Made by a program: the position numbers and the translations under genes | Part shown: positions 9,996 through 19,907 of the stretch, one piece after another | Layout of the letters: each line of letters opens with the position of its first letter | Numbering within the stretch: position 1 is the stretch's first letter | Source: Candidatus Bathyarchaeia archaeon | Lineage (GTDB): Archaea; Thermoproteota; CALKCG01; B24 | Reading direction: 5' to 3' | Assembly (NCBI GenBank): GCA_038870975.1 | Contig: JAVZJD010000001.1 | Location: 992,001-1,056,000 of the forward strand | Length of the DNA stretch: 64,000 bases | The notes under the pieces: model-generated | The model's database searches: none | What the model was told of the DNA's origin: nothing | What the model saw: the letters and a program-made list of their open reading frames with translations, nothing else

Positions 9996-10646
9996 TTAAG
10001 CTTTCTGAGAATGTTTAGTCGATGTCTTGAATTTCGATAAAGCTATTAACACTACTCCAATGCATGCAACGGCTAAACCTATCAACGGCTCAGGTCTCCT
10101 CACATGAACCATGACTATTCTATCGGTTTCAAAACCCGTGACAGCCCATCCCCACATGTATACATGCAATTCTAGCACATGCTTACCAGCTTTAATTTCC
10201 GGAGTTGCCCATTTAGATCCAACGGTTTGCCCCCACCTTGTCTCCCAAGCATCTATTACCAATTCACCGTCTATGTATAGTCTAGCGCCATCGCTGCTGA
10301 TGGCTTCAAATTTTACAAATCCATCTACAGGCATTTCTATTTCAGCTTTAGCTATAAAGCCCATCTGTCCTCCATAGCCTCCAAATACGGCCCCATCACC
10401 CCAATTATACCAGAATGTAGCTGGGAATGTTCCGTTTCCTAGGAGTAAAGCAGAATTCGTCAGATAGTCTTCAGAAAATCCTTCACTGGTGGGCTCGGAG
10501 AGAAGATAATACCATGTTACATTCCAGTCAGACACTTGAACTTTATACTCCGTCGGTACAGTTTCTTCCTTAAGCGGTATGACGGCTAAAGCGATACCGA
10601 CTGCAAGAATAACCACACCGACTTTAACAAGAGTATTCAATATCAT
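9996..10646 (-). CDS. Membrane-anchored PA14-domain (carbohydrate-binding-like) protein
   Basis: SSDGARLYIDGELVIDAW and AGKHVLEL match the PA14 consensus. Hydrophobic helices at both termini. Confidence 0.7.
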   Translation of the reverse strand: MILNTLVKVGVVILAVGIALAVIPLKEETVPTEYKVQVSDWNVTWYYLLSEPTSEGFSEDYLTNSALLLGNGTFPATFWYNWGDGAVFGGYGGQMGFIAKAEIEMPVDGFVKFEAISSDGARLYIDGELVIDAWETRWGQTVGSKWATPEIKAGKHVLELHVYMWGWAVTGFETDRIVMVHVRRPEPLIGLAVACIGVVLIALSKFKTSTKHSQKA

Positions 10647-10735
10647 CCACAGCTTAAGGTATAGTTTCCTCGGTTTTTAAATATTAGCTTAAAGTTGCTA
10701 AGTTTTATAAACAGCCTGCGTTTAATAGTACGTTT

Positions 10736-13700
10736 ATGGTAGGAATGGGTATAGTTGAAGCTCTAATCGAAAAACTAAACGGTAAATATGAAGAGTTAAG
10801 CAGGTATAGAACTAGACTGCAGTGGAAGTTTTTCCAAGGTCGAGCCGTGGGAGCATACGACAAAAATTTCGACGACTCTTCTTGGGCTGATGTTAAACTC
10901 CCCATGATGGTCGACCTTAGGAAAGGTGAAGCATGGCTTAGATGCCGTGTAACGTTTCCAGATCGCGTGTCAAATATTCCAGTTGAAGGCTCTAAGGCTA
11001 AACTGTTCTCATCTGTTATGACTACTGGTGCTGAAATATACGTAGACTCTAAGCTTGTCTTATCGGCAGACTACTGGACGGAACTTAGAGGTCCTATGAT
11101 TGTTTTAAGCGAAAATGCTAAACCAGGTGAGTCGCATCTGGTTGCTGTAAGGTTTTATCCATGTACCGAACCCATAGGCGTACCTGAGTTTAACATCATA
11201 TACAGCAATGTAGAGAACGTGCTTTTCGAAATAGACGCTTTTATGGAGGAGCTTAAATTTGCTATGTTAATCCCCGGAGGCGATAAGGCTGTTGAAAAAG
11301 CAGCGGAGGATTTCAATCTAAGGGTTTTCGATGAAAGCTACGAAAAGTTACTGGATGAAATAGAGAGGGCTAGGAGTAAACTATCCTACCTGTCCAATGA
11401 GGTTAAGAAGTTTAAAGTACACTTGGTTGGTCATGCTCACATAGATATGAATTGGCTTTGGTCTTGGAGAGATACAGTTGAAACGATTAAAAATACGTTT
11501 AAAACAATGCTAGACCTTATGGATAAGTACCCTGTCTTCCACTTCTCACAGAGTCAAGCTGTCACTTACATGGTAGCTGAACAATCATTTCCAGAGGTAT
11601 TCAAACGTATACGTAAGAAGGTTGAAGACGGTAATTGGGAGGTTACAGCAGCTACATGGGTTGAGGCAGACTTAAACATGGGCGGCAATGAAGCTCTCAT
11701 AAGACAGTTCCTCTACGGTAAGCGTTACTCTAAGAATAAGTTGGGTGTAGATGTTGAAGTCTGTTGGGAGCCTGACACCTTTGGCCATCCGTTAACAATA
11801 CCCCAGATAGTGAGGAAATCCGGTATAAAGTACTACTACTTTATGAGGTGTGGTCGAGGCTTTCCAATGTTCTGGTGGGAGGGTATTGATGGTTCAAAGG
11901 TACTCGCTTTCAACAGCGTATACAATAACACAGTATACCCTAGAACGGTCTGCAGCATAGCTAGAGAAGTCTTCGAAAAACACGGTTTAAAGACGAGTAT
12001 GTTCGTATACGGTGTTGGAGACCACGGTGGAGGACCGACATTAGAAGACATAGAAATAGCCCTTAAAATGCTGAATAAGCCCCTCCTACCAACAATAATC
12101 TTCAGTTCGGCTCGAGAATTCTTCAGAGAGGTTGAAGAAGAGATTAAGCTTAAGGATAAGGAATTACCCGTTGTAAAAGGCGAGCTTAACTTCACATTCG
12201 ACGGATGCTATACAACTCACGGTGATATAAAACGGTATAATAGGATTTGCGAGAGGATGCTTGTAGATGCTGAGAAAATATGCTGTATCGTAAATCTATA
12301 TCCTAGGGATAAACTTGCAGACGCCTGGCGTAAGACTCTCTTCAACCAGTTCCACGACATTTTAGACGGGAGTGGAATAGGTGAGACGTATGTGTACTCT
12401 AGGATGTTGGCTGAAGATGTTTTAAGATGCATTAGAGACGTTATAGACTCGGCTCTTGAGAAATTAGCTTCAAGTATCAAGTTTAAGGAAGAGGGTTTAC
12501 CTATAGTCGTCTTCAATCCTTTAGCTTGGCCTAGACGCGGCGTTGTTAAAATTAAAATCCCCAGCCATTTAGTGCCCTCTAAACCAGTCGTAGTATCCCC
12601 CAGTGGTAAAGTTGAACCAGTTCAACTGTGTGAAGATGGCCTCGTATTTATAGCGGATGTTCCAGCCCTAGGATATTCTACATACTACCTTAAAGAGGGC
12701 TCAGTTGACGCGGGAGTCCTTGGTAAAAATCTTACGCTTGAAAACGAATTCTTCAGAATTACAATCGATAACAGGACTGGGACGATAAGAGAGCTCTACG
12801 ATAAGAAAGCTAATAGAACCGTCTTCAACAGATTTCAATACGAAGCTACACAGCCCAAGGAGAACAACCTATTCCAAGTACTCCACGAAGCCCCCCATCC
12901 GATGTCTGCTTGGATAATAGGTGAGATAACTCACGTTGAGAACCTCATTAAACCCGAAGAGATCAAACTCATCGAGAATGGACCTGTAAGAGCAAGAATA
13001 AGAGTAGTCTACAAGTATCGTAGGTCGAGAATATGCTCTGATGTAATACTACTCAAGGGAATTCCAAGAATAGACTTCCAAGCGTTGATAGACTGGTGTG
13101 AATTTTCAAATGAAAACGTAGATGCGCCGATGCTTAAAGTCTCATTTACACCGATTCTAAAATCTACTGGTAAAGCCGTTTTTGAAGTACCATTCGGCTA
13201 CGCTGAAAGACCCGCGGACGGTTCTGAAGTCCCTGCGCTAAGATGGGTTGACGTCTCAGATGGAGAATACGGGTTAACCCTAATCAACAACTCTAAGTAT
13301 GGTTTTGACGTATCTGGAAATACGATCAGAATGACGCTTGTTAGAACAAGCTATAGCCCAGATCCAACCCCAGACCAAGGCTTACATGAAGTAGCCTATT
13401 CATTATATCCGCATGAGGGGAATTGGACAGCAGCTTTAAGTTTTAGAAGAGGCTTCGAGCTGAACCATCCACTTGAAGCAATAGCCGTGACAAAACCCTC
13501 AGGTATGAGGGGTATAAACCCCGAAGTAATGAGCTTCCTAGAGGTAGAACCTGAGAATATAGTTGTTACCTGCCTTAAGAAGGCCGAAGACTCGGAAGAC
13601 ATAGTCCTCAGATTCTATGAGGCTACTGGCTTAGAAACCGATGTAAAGCTGAAATTCGGATTCCAGGTTAAAGGTGTACAGGAGTTAGATTTGATTGAAA

Positions 13701-13795
13701 GACCGCTAAGTGGAGAATTTGCCGTAGAAGGCGATGCGTTCACTCTGCGGGTTAAACCGCTTGAGATAAAGACGTTAAAGCTTAGAATGGTTTAG
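10736..13795 (+). CDS. GH38 alpha-mannosidase-family glycoside hydrolase
   Basis: HAHIDMNWLW (Zn ligands), WEPDTFGH (nucleophile), GVGDHGGGP and NQFHDIL. No signal peptide. The start may be 10745. Confidence 0.92.
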   Translation: MVGMGIVEALIEKLNGKYEELSRYRTRLQWKFFQGRAVGAYDKNFDDSSWADVKLPMMVDLRKGEAWLRCRVTFPDRVSNIPVEGSKAKLFSSVMTTGAEIYVDSKLVLSADYWTELRGPMIVLSENAKPGESHLVAVRFYPCTEPIGVPEFNIIYSNVENVLFEIDAFMEELKFAMLIPGGDKAVEKAAEDFNLRVFDESYEKLLDEIERARSKLSYLSNEVKKFKVHLVGHAHIDMNWLWSWRDTVETIKNTFKTMLDLMDKYPVFHFSQSQAVTYMVAEQSFPEVFKRIRKKVEDGNWEVTAATWVEADLNMGGNEALIRQFLYGKRYSKNKLGVDVEVCWEPDTFGHPLTIPQIVRKSGIKYYYFMRCGRGFPMFWWEGIDGSKVLAFNSVYNNTVYPRTVCSIAREVFEKHGLKTSMFVYGVGDHGGGPTLEDIEIALKMLNKPLLPTIIFSSAREFFREVEEEIKLKDKELPVVKGELNFTFDGCYTTHGDIKRYNRICERMLVDAEKICCIVNLYPRDKLADAWRKTLFNQFHDILDGSGIGETYVYSRMLAEDVLRCIRDVIDSALEKLASSIKFKEEGLPIVVFNPLAWPRRGVVKIKIPSHLVPSKPVVVSPSGKVEPVQLCEDGLVFIADVPALGYSTYYLKEGSVDAGVLGKNLTLENEFFRITIDNRTGTIRELYDKKANRTVFNRFQYEATQPKENNLFQVLHEAPHPMSAWIIGEITHVENLIKPEEIKLIENGPVRARIRVVYKYRRSRICSDVILLKGIPRIDFQALIDWCEFSNENVDAPMLKVSFTPILKSTGKAVFEVPFGYAERPADGSEVPALRWVDVSDGEYGLTLINNSKYGFDVSGNTIRMTLVRTSYSPDPTPDQGLHEVAYSLYPHEGNWTAALSFRRGFELNHPLEAIAVTKPSGMRGINPEVMSFLEVEPENIVVTCLKKAEDSEDIVLRFYEATGLETDVKLKFGFQVKGVQELDLIERPLSGEFAVEGDAFTLRVKPLEIKTLKLRMV

Positions 13796-13810
13796 TTTAC
13801 GTATTGGAGG

Positions 13811-14791
13811 TTGATTTTGAAGTCTAGAGAGAGGGTTTTAAGGGCCTTAGACCTCGAAGAACCAGATAGAGTTCCAATGTTTGAACTCGAGTTTCAATAT
13901 CCCGAGCTTGTATGCGGTAAACCTTACATTTTATGGAGTGGCTACGGCTCATGGGAGCAGACGGTTTTCAGAGACATCTTAAGTAAGATGAAAATCGAAG
14001 AAGATATCGCTAAAGTCACGAGACACAATACTGAAGTCTTAGTTGAAACCTGTTCCAAGCTCGGTTACGACGTTTTCAGGCCATCCTTCGTACCAGATCC
14101 ATTGGAGGCTATACGGTATGCTCGTAAAATAGCCCCCGACCTTGCAATAATGGGTAATAGTCCTGGAACAGGACTTGGAATACCAGACGGTAAGTCTATG
14201 TTTCACATAGTCAAGTGGACCTATACTAACCCTGAAGGTTTGAGAAGAATAGCTGAAGATAGAGTCCGTAGAAGCTTAGAATATATAAGGCTTCAAGTTG
14301 AAGCTGGAGCTGAAATAATCGTAGATTGTACAGACTATGCCCTTAAATCAGGCCCATTCTTCAAACCAGAGTTTTATCATAAAGTAGTCTTTCCACTCAT
14401 AAAAATCCTAGTTGATGAAGCTCATAGAGTAGGAGCTTTCTTCATTCAACATACGGATGGAAATCTATGGCCTATAATAGACGGTCTCATAAACACCGGG
14501 ATCGACGCTTTACACTCGATAGATCCATCGGCTGGCATGAGCCTTAAAGAAGTTAAAGAAAAATACGGAGATAGAATAGCTCTATGTGGTAATGTAGATG
14601 CTGCTAACACCCTCTTCCTAGGTTCACCTGAAGACGTGGCTTATGAAGCTAGAAATTGTATAAGAAACGCTGCCTACGGTGGTGGATATTTCCTAACGAG
14701 TAGCAACTGCATATACCGCGGGGTGCCAATCGACAATACGCTCGCACTCGTTAAAACAGGTTTAAAATATGGCCGTTATAAGCCGCTATAG
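13811..14791 (+). CDS. Uroporphyrinogen decarboxylase/MtaA-fold protein (paralogue 2)
   Basis: SRERV...EPDRVP, HTDGN, CGNVD and GGGYFL.SSN. Starts 15 nt after the GH38 stop. Confidence 0.82.
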   Translation: MILKSRERVLRALDLEEPDRVPMFELEFQYPELVCGKPYILWSGYGSWEQTVFRDILSKMKIEEDIAKVTRHNTEVLVETCSKLGYDVFRPSFVPDPLEAIRYARKIAPDLAIMGNSPGTGLGIPDGKSMFHIVKWTYTNPEGLRRIAEDRVRRSLEYIRLQVEAGAEIIVDCTDYALKSGPFFKPEFYHKVVFPLIKILVDEAHRVGAFFIQHTDGNLWPIIDGLINTGIDALHSIDPSAGMSLKEVKEKYGDRIALCGNVDAANTLFLGSPEDVAYEARNCIRNAAYGGGYFLTSSNCIYRGVPIDNTLALVKTGLKYGRYKPL

Positions 14792-15462
14792 TAAAGGTCC
14801 TTTAGAAGTCTCGGGAGCTCTCCTACGCTATCTATCACGTAGTCAGCTCCCGCCTCCTTTAAAACTTCTCTAGTAGCAACACCCGACGTAATGCCGATAG
14901 ATACCACCCCTGCTTTCAAGGCGGCTTTAATGTCTATGGTACTGTCGCCGACCATAATGGCCTCCCCTCTTCTTAGATTGAGTTTTGAAAGCGCGTATTT
15001 GATAGGTTCAGGGTTAGGCTTCATGGCTTTAACGTGTTCTCTTGCAACGATCAACTCGAAGAAGTTTCCGATGTTGAGTTTTGAAAGCGTAAGAATCGTA
15101 GCATTAAAACAATTGTTAGTTACTATTACTAGTTTAAGCCTCATACGTTTCAATTCGCTTAAGGCTTCGTAAGCCCCTTCTAAAAGCTCCGGGTTTGAAG
15201 CCGCCTCCAGCTCGTATTTTTCGGCTATTTCAAGACTGAGGGCTAACAGCTGTCTATACCTATGGGCTTCCCCTATCTTCTCCATGTAATTTTTCACCAC
15301 CTCTAAGCTCTCGTAAAGGCTTAATCTGGAATCTAGCAAGTATTCTGGCACTCCATTAATCTTAAGCGTTTTAAAGACTTCGGCCTTCGCATCCATATAT
15401 CTATACTTCAATTTAACTATGGTCCCATCTAAGTCTAAGAAAACAGCTTTTAGCAATCGCAC
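14776..15462 (-). CDS. HAD-superfamily phosphatase (Gph-like)
   Basis: DLDGT, VTN, KP.PEP and VGDS..D motifs. Confidence 0.88.
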   Translation of the reverse strand: MRLLKAVFLDLDGTIVKLKYRYMDAKAEVFKTLKINGVPEYLLDSRLSLYESLEVVKNYMEKIGEAHRYRQLLALSLEIAEKYELEAASNPELLEGAYEALSELKRMRLKLVIVTNNCFNATILTLSKLNIGNFFELIVAREHVKAMKPNPEPIKYALSKLNLRRGEAIMVGDSTIDIKAALKAGVVSIGITSGVATREVLKEAGADYVIDSVGELPRLLKDLYYSGL

Positions 15463-15541
15463 TCACAGTTCTTCAATGATACTCTTAAATTTATCCTTTA
15501 AGGTTTGTTTAACAGAGTTGAGTAGACGTCGGGAAAAAATT

Positions 15542-16375
15542 ATGGATAGAGTTTACAGGGAGATCTTCCCAGAGCTTGAATTCGGCAAATTTAAAAGTAT
15601 TGAAGTGATTGGTGATATAGCGATAATTAAAATTCCAAGGGAGCTTGAACCGTACAGGTTTAAAATAGGTGAAGAAGTCTTAACGCACATGCCTTCGATT
15701 AAAACAGTCCTTAGACAGCTTTCACCGACATTGGGACCTTACAGAATTAGAGGTTTTGAGTGGCTTGCAGGAGAAAATAAGACGTTAACGTATCATAGAG
15801 AGCATGGTTGCATTTTTAAAGTCGACCTTTCTAAAGTCTACTTTTCACCTCGGCTATTGTTTGAAAGACTTAGAATAGCCAAACTTACGAAACCGAATGA
15901 GGTGGTTGTAAACATGTTTGCTGGTGTTGGATGCTTCTCCATAATCATAGCTAAACATAAACCTGTATTAAAAGTCTATTCTATAGATGTAAACCCTGAC
16001 GCATATGAACTTATGGTTGAGAATATAAAACTCAACAGGGTTGAAAGCATCGTCAAACCAATACTTGGAGACTCTAAAAACATCGTTGAAAATATGCTTA
16101 TGGGTTCTGCGGATAGAGTCTTAATGCCCTTACCAGAGCTTGCCTACGACTATTTACCTTCAGCTGTTTTATGTTTAAAAGACCGCGTGGGATGGATACA
16201 CTACTACGACTTTATTAAGGTTCATCCCGGCGAAAAACCCGCCGAGAAACTTTCTGAAAGGGTCTCTAAAATGCTCAACACTATCACACCACACTGGAGT
16301 ATAGAAAACTCTAGGATTGTGAGAACTGTAGCATCTAGAACCTATCAGGTCGCGTTGGACATACATATTGGTTGA
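15542..16375 (+). CDS. Trm5/Tyw2 (Met-10+) family tRNA methyltransferase
   Basis: IGDIAI, H.E.GC.FKVDLSKVYFSPRL..ER and MFAGVG.F SAM motif. Start moved to in-frame ATG 15542 to avoid overlap with the divergent HAD gene. Confidence 0.88.
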   Translation: MDRVYREIFPELEFGKFKSIEVIGDIAIIKIPRELEPYRFKIGEEVLTHMPSIKTVLRQLSPTLGPYRIRGFEWLAGENKTLTYHREHGCIFKVDLSKVYFSPRLLFERLRIAKLTKPNEVVVNMFAGVGCFSIIIAKHKPVLKVYSIDVNPDAYELMVENIKLNRVESIVKPILGDSKNIVENMLMGSADRVLMPLPELAYDYLPSAVLCLKDRVGWIHYYDFIKVHPGEKPAEKLSERVSKMLNTITPHWSIENSRIVRTVASRTYQVALDIHIG

Positions 16376-16429
16376 ATGCTTAGATTTAAAAGGGTCTCTT
16401 CTTCAAAATTTCTAGAGGAGGTTGATATT

Positions 16430-16555
16430 ATGAGCGTTGAAAGAAAATGTGCAAACTGCGCCAATGCAAAGCCTAGGAAAGGTGAATTATACTGTTCCCT
16501 TCTCAAACAAAAGGTCTCTCAAGACTACAAATGTGGAAAATTCAAGCCTAAATAA
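16430..16555 (+). CDS. 41-aa Cys4 zinc-finger-like microprotein (not in ORF track)
   Basis: MSVERKCANCANAKPRKGELYCSLLKQKVSQDYKCGKFKPK*. Preceded by GAGGAGGTTGA SD and a TTTAAAA box near 16385. Fills the intergenic gap. Confidence 0.7.
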   Translation: MSVERKCANCANAKPRKGELYCSLLKQKVSQDYKCGKFKPK

Positions 16556-16566
16556 AGCTAAGAACA

Positions 16567-17415
16567 TCAAGTTAATACCTCAAATTCTCTACCAAATATC
16601 AGCTTAATATTCATCCTCCTACACTCTTCTTTTAAATACTCTAAAACATCCTTAGAAGCATTACCAACTGCCAGAAGCTTCAACATAGCCTTCTTTCCAG
16701 CCAATTTCTCCGCAATCTCAATTCTCTCAGAAAGCTTATTAAGCTCATTTCTAGCCACATCTAAATTTTCCAAGTACAATGTAACCTCACCGACAACTAA
16801 AGGATCCTCAGAGAAAACATTCACCTCGTAAATTCTCCCATCGTGGAGGAGAACCTTTCTATCTATTTCCACATCAAAATAACCCATATTTTCAAGCATA
16901 AGTTTCACAAATGAACAAGTATAATGTTCAAAAGTCACGTTTAAAGCCTTACCAAAAGTTTCAAAAGAGGCTCTAAGTCTCCTCTGCTCCTCCCTCATTT
17001 CTCTGAAATCTCTCCTAAGTTCCCGAACTTCTTCCCACAACTTGGTTACATTCTCCCAAAGCTTTTCTTGGCCCTCTCTCAACGCTTTAACTTCCATCCA
17101 CAGCTTCTCCTGTTCAGCTCTAAGGCTTTTCAACTCTTCTCTATGCTCCTCGAAACGCTTATTGTAGTCTTCTCTCAACGCTTTAACTTCCATCCACAGC
17201 TTCTCCTGTTCAGCTCTAAGGCTTTTCAACTCTTCTCTATGCTCCTCGAAACGCTTATTGTAGTCTTCTCTCAACGCTTTAACTTCCATCCACAGCCTTC
17301 TGAGCTCCTCCATCAACTCCCTTAAGCCAAGTAAACCAGCTACAGCAAATCTGAATTCTTCATCTTCTTCGAGAAGCCTTAACAACTCTTTTTTAAGAGA
17401 CATACTATATGACAT
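16567..17415 (-). CDS. Archaeal coiled-coil repeat protein with a C-terminal PD-(D/E)XK-like domain (DUF3782/PaREP-like)
   Basis: N-terminal LLEEDEEFRFAVAGLLG, heptad coiled-coil repeats and C-terminal EVNVF...VVGEVT. Confidence 0.7.
   Translation of the reverse strand: MSYSMSLKKELLRLLEEDEEFRFAVAGLLGLRELMEELRRLWMEVKALREDYNKRFEEHREELKSLRAEQEKLWMEVKALREDYNKRFEEHREELKSLRAEQEKLWMEVKALREGQEKLWENVTKLWEEVRELRRDFREMREEQRRLRASFETFGKALNVTFEHYTCSFVKLMLENMGYFDVEIDRKVLLHDGRIYEVNVFSEDPLVVGEVTLYLENLDVARNELNKLSERIEIAEKLAGKKAMLKLLAVGNASKDVLEYLKEECRRMNIKLIFGREFEVLT
17075..17296. repeat. Exact 96-nt tandem repeat, ~2.3 copies, in frame within the coiled-coil gene
   Basis: The unit starting TCTCTCAACGCTTTAAC recurs at 17075, 17171 and 17267. 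It encodes LWMEVKALREDYNKRFEEHREELKSLRAEQEK. Confidence 0.95.
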
Positions 17416-17627
17416 CGTATTTAATCAACTATTTAAAGCTGACGTAAGTCTCTTAATGTAATTTAGGGTTTATCCTTTCCTTTTATTAGGATCCTTGAAT
17501 GTAATAAAGTATTTAAACACTTTTCTTGTTAATTAATTTTTAATTATATGTACACAAAAATGAATCTCTTATATTGAATTTTCTCATCGTAATATTTAAT
17601 TTCAGTACATTATTTCTTAAATTTGCC

Positions 17628-19145
17628 CTATATATTTAAGATTTTCATGATTATTTTCGCGAATCTTTCTCCAACAATTGCCCTTATTAATTGAGCATCC
17701 TCTTTGCCTATACAATTTAACGCTCTTACTAACGCTATGTATATTGAGGCTCCAATAATGACGTATAGCGGAAGCAATAGGTTGTTTTGTAGGATTTGTT
17801 GTAGTGTCAGTACTCCCACTGCCATAATTGAAGAAGATATTAGCGTTTTTAAAGCCATCTGTTTATCTACTTCTATTTTAACTATTCTTGATGTATAATA
17901 GAATGATAGTGTAAACGAAGCCATGAGCGAGAGCCCTCTTACTATTGTCAATCCGATTAAGTTTAACCTCCAGAGTAGGGGGAAGAAGACTAAACTTACA
18001 GTAATGGAAACCACGTCCAACAATAGTATGGTCTTTGTCCTCCCATAGACTAGTAGTAAACTGCTAAACGATGGCAATATTCCATAAACTAGTCCAAATA
18101 TTGAGAGGATTGCGAGAACACTCCACGCATCAGAATACTGTGCACCAGCAAACAATGTAATTACAGGTTTAGCTACAACCGCCAAGCCGGATGCTAATGG
18201 AAACATTATAAGCATCGTGTATTTACTTGCGTGTTTCACACTTTCTGATATTGCTTTATGGTCGTTTTTTCCATACATTACTCCATAGTATGGGAGGAGT
18301 GAAGAACCAAGAGATGATGCTATCGTAATAAGTACTGAGAATGCCTTGTAAGCTACGTTATACATGCCAAGCTGCTGAATTGGTAAAAACATCAGGATTA
18401 ACGCTTTATCATACCAAGTGTATAAGAGTGAAACTATGGATCCTAAGTATATTGGCGTGGAGAATTTTAACATGCTGGGTAACAGTTCAATCGACTCATT
18501 TATTACATCTTTACTGAAGTTTACATGTTTTAAAGTCGATATAGCGAGGATTGTGAAAAGAGTTAAATCTCCAACGATCCAACCGTATATTACGCCGATT
18601 AACCCATATCCATTGAAGAGGAATAGTGTTGTAGACACCCATCTTATAGATGTATAGAAAATACCATAAATTGCCATCTTCTTCAATCTACCTGAACCCC
18701 AGAGAATACTGTTCAACAGGGAAGATATAGATAGAAAGACAACATTTACTGTAGCGAGTGTTAAGACCTTCGAGTAAACTGGTGTTTTGAATAAGGCTTC
18801 AGAAACCTGTGTTGATAATACAACGACTGGCAGGGTAGCAGTTAATATTAAAACGAGTCTAAGCATTAAGGCGGAGAGTATATGCTTCGAGTAGTCTAAA
18901 CCCCTACCAATATCTTCAGATATGAACCTTGCGATTGAAGGTGAAATCCCCAAGTCTATTCCAGTTTGAATAAGCGAACATAGCATTGTAACACCTGCTA
19001 TTACACCCATCTCCTCTTGAGTTATAACTCTGGCCATGTAGGCGTATCCTAGGACGCCTATCAACGTTGAGAAGATATTCTGTAGAGTAAGATATGCTGA
19101 ACCTACTGCAACGCTTGTTATGCTAAGTTCAGTAGCTTCGGCCAA
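17628..19145 (-). CDS. Oligosaccharide flippase (Wzx/MOP superfamily)
   Basis: 505 aa, about 14 TM segments. DLG....ARFIS, W.DK.LI, LG.Y..AYK and VITLFAG..Y motifs. Confidence 0.85.
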   Translation of the reverse strand: MAEATELSITSVAVGSAYLTLQNIFSTLIGVLGYAYMARVITQEEMGVIAGVTMLCSLIQTGIDLGISPSIARFISEDIGRGLDYSKHILSALMLRLVLILTATLPVVVLSTQVSEALFKTPVYSKVLTLATVNVVFLSISSLLNSILWGSGRLKKMAIYGIFYTSIRWVSTTLFLFNGYGLIGVIYGWIVGDLTLFTILAISTLKHVNFSKDVINESIELLPSMLKFSTPIYLGSIVSLLYTWYDKALILMFLPIQQLGMYNVAYKAFSVLITIASSLGSSLLPYYGVMYGKNDHKAISESVKHASKYTMLIMFPLASGLAVVAKPVITLFAGAQYSDAWSVLAILSIFGLVYGILPSFSSLLLVYGRTKTILLLDVVSITVSLVFFPLLWRLNLIGLTIVRGLSLMASFTLSFYYTSRIVKIEVDKQMALKTLISSSIMAVGVLTLQQILQNNLLLPLYVIIGASIYIALVRALNCIGKEDAQLIRAIVGERFAKIIMKILNI

Positions 19146-19323
19146 GATTTACACCATTATTTACCAGTCGGTTTTTAAAACACTTAACATATGAAGTTTC
19201 AACGTTTTCCATATAAATATTTAGCAAAGCCAGCTTCAATCGCCAACACTCCTCTAATTCACCTAAAAATAAAAGGTGTTCGTCACGTTATGGAAATGTT
19301 TAAAGACTACCAGTGATATTATT

Positions 19324-19755
19324 ATGCGAATGTCTGAAGACGAAATAAGAAAGACGCTTAAAAATCTTAGTGAGAAGATGGATAATATCATCGCGAGACT
19401 GGACTACTTGGAACAAATTATAGCCAGATACCCGGATTTGGCATCTCTGTCTGAGGTGGTTTTCTGGTTTAAAACTGGTCTGAAAATCTATGATGAGCCT
19501 TTAAAAGTTTTAAACAGACTTCTATCCTTAGGCGAGGTGATGGACGAAAAAATCGACGAAATATCTAGAGTCATAGTGCAATCTCTGGCCTTAAGAGGGA
19601 GTATGAATATTTCACAGCTCACTAGAGAGGTTAAAGCTCAGAGGGGAAAAGCGTCTAGGAGGACTGTGAGGGCTAGGTTGAAAGCGCTAATTGAGAAAGG
19701 ACTCGTTGAGAAATCCGGTCATTACTTCCAGCTAGCTCGGAGGAAAACTGGTTGA
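19324..19755 (+). CDS. Winged-HTH DNA-binding protein with N-terminal coiled coil
   Basis: C-terminal MNISQLTREV...SRRTVRARLKALIEKGLV. In-frame ATG at 19324 or 19330. Confidence 0.7.
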   Translation: MRMSEDEIRKTLKNLSEKMDNIIARLDYLEQIIARYPDLASLSEVVFWFKTGLKIYDEPLKVLNRLLSLGEVMDEKIDEISRVIVQSLALRGSMNISQLTREVKAQRGKASRRTVRARLKALIEKGLVEKSGHYFQLARRKTG

Positions 19756-19907
19756 TATACATCTGAGAATGGAATCTTCAATCCATCATATTACAACCGT
19801 ATTAGGCTCCATTGGATTATTCTTCTGACATATATCCATTTTCTGGCCACTTTTACCCATCAAACTTAAGTAATCTATCCAAGCTCATTATAGGCTGAGG
19901 TGGTATT

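Noticed and set aside
17075-17296. Tandem repeat as a CRISPR array
   Set aside because: The units are contiguous, 96 nt long, in frame and have no unique spacers. No cas genes are in the window.
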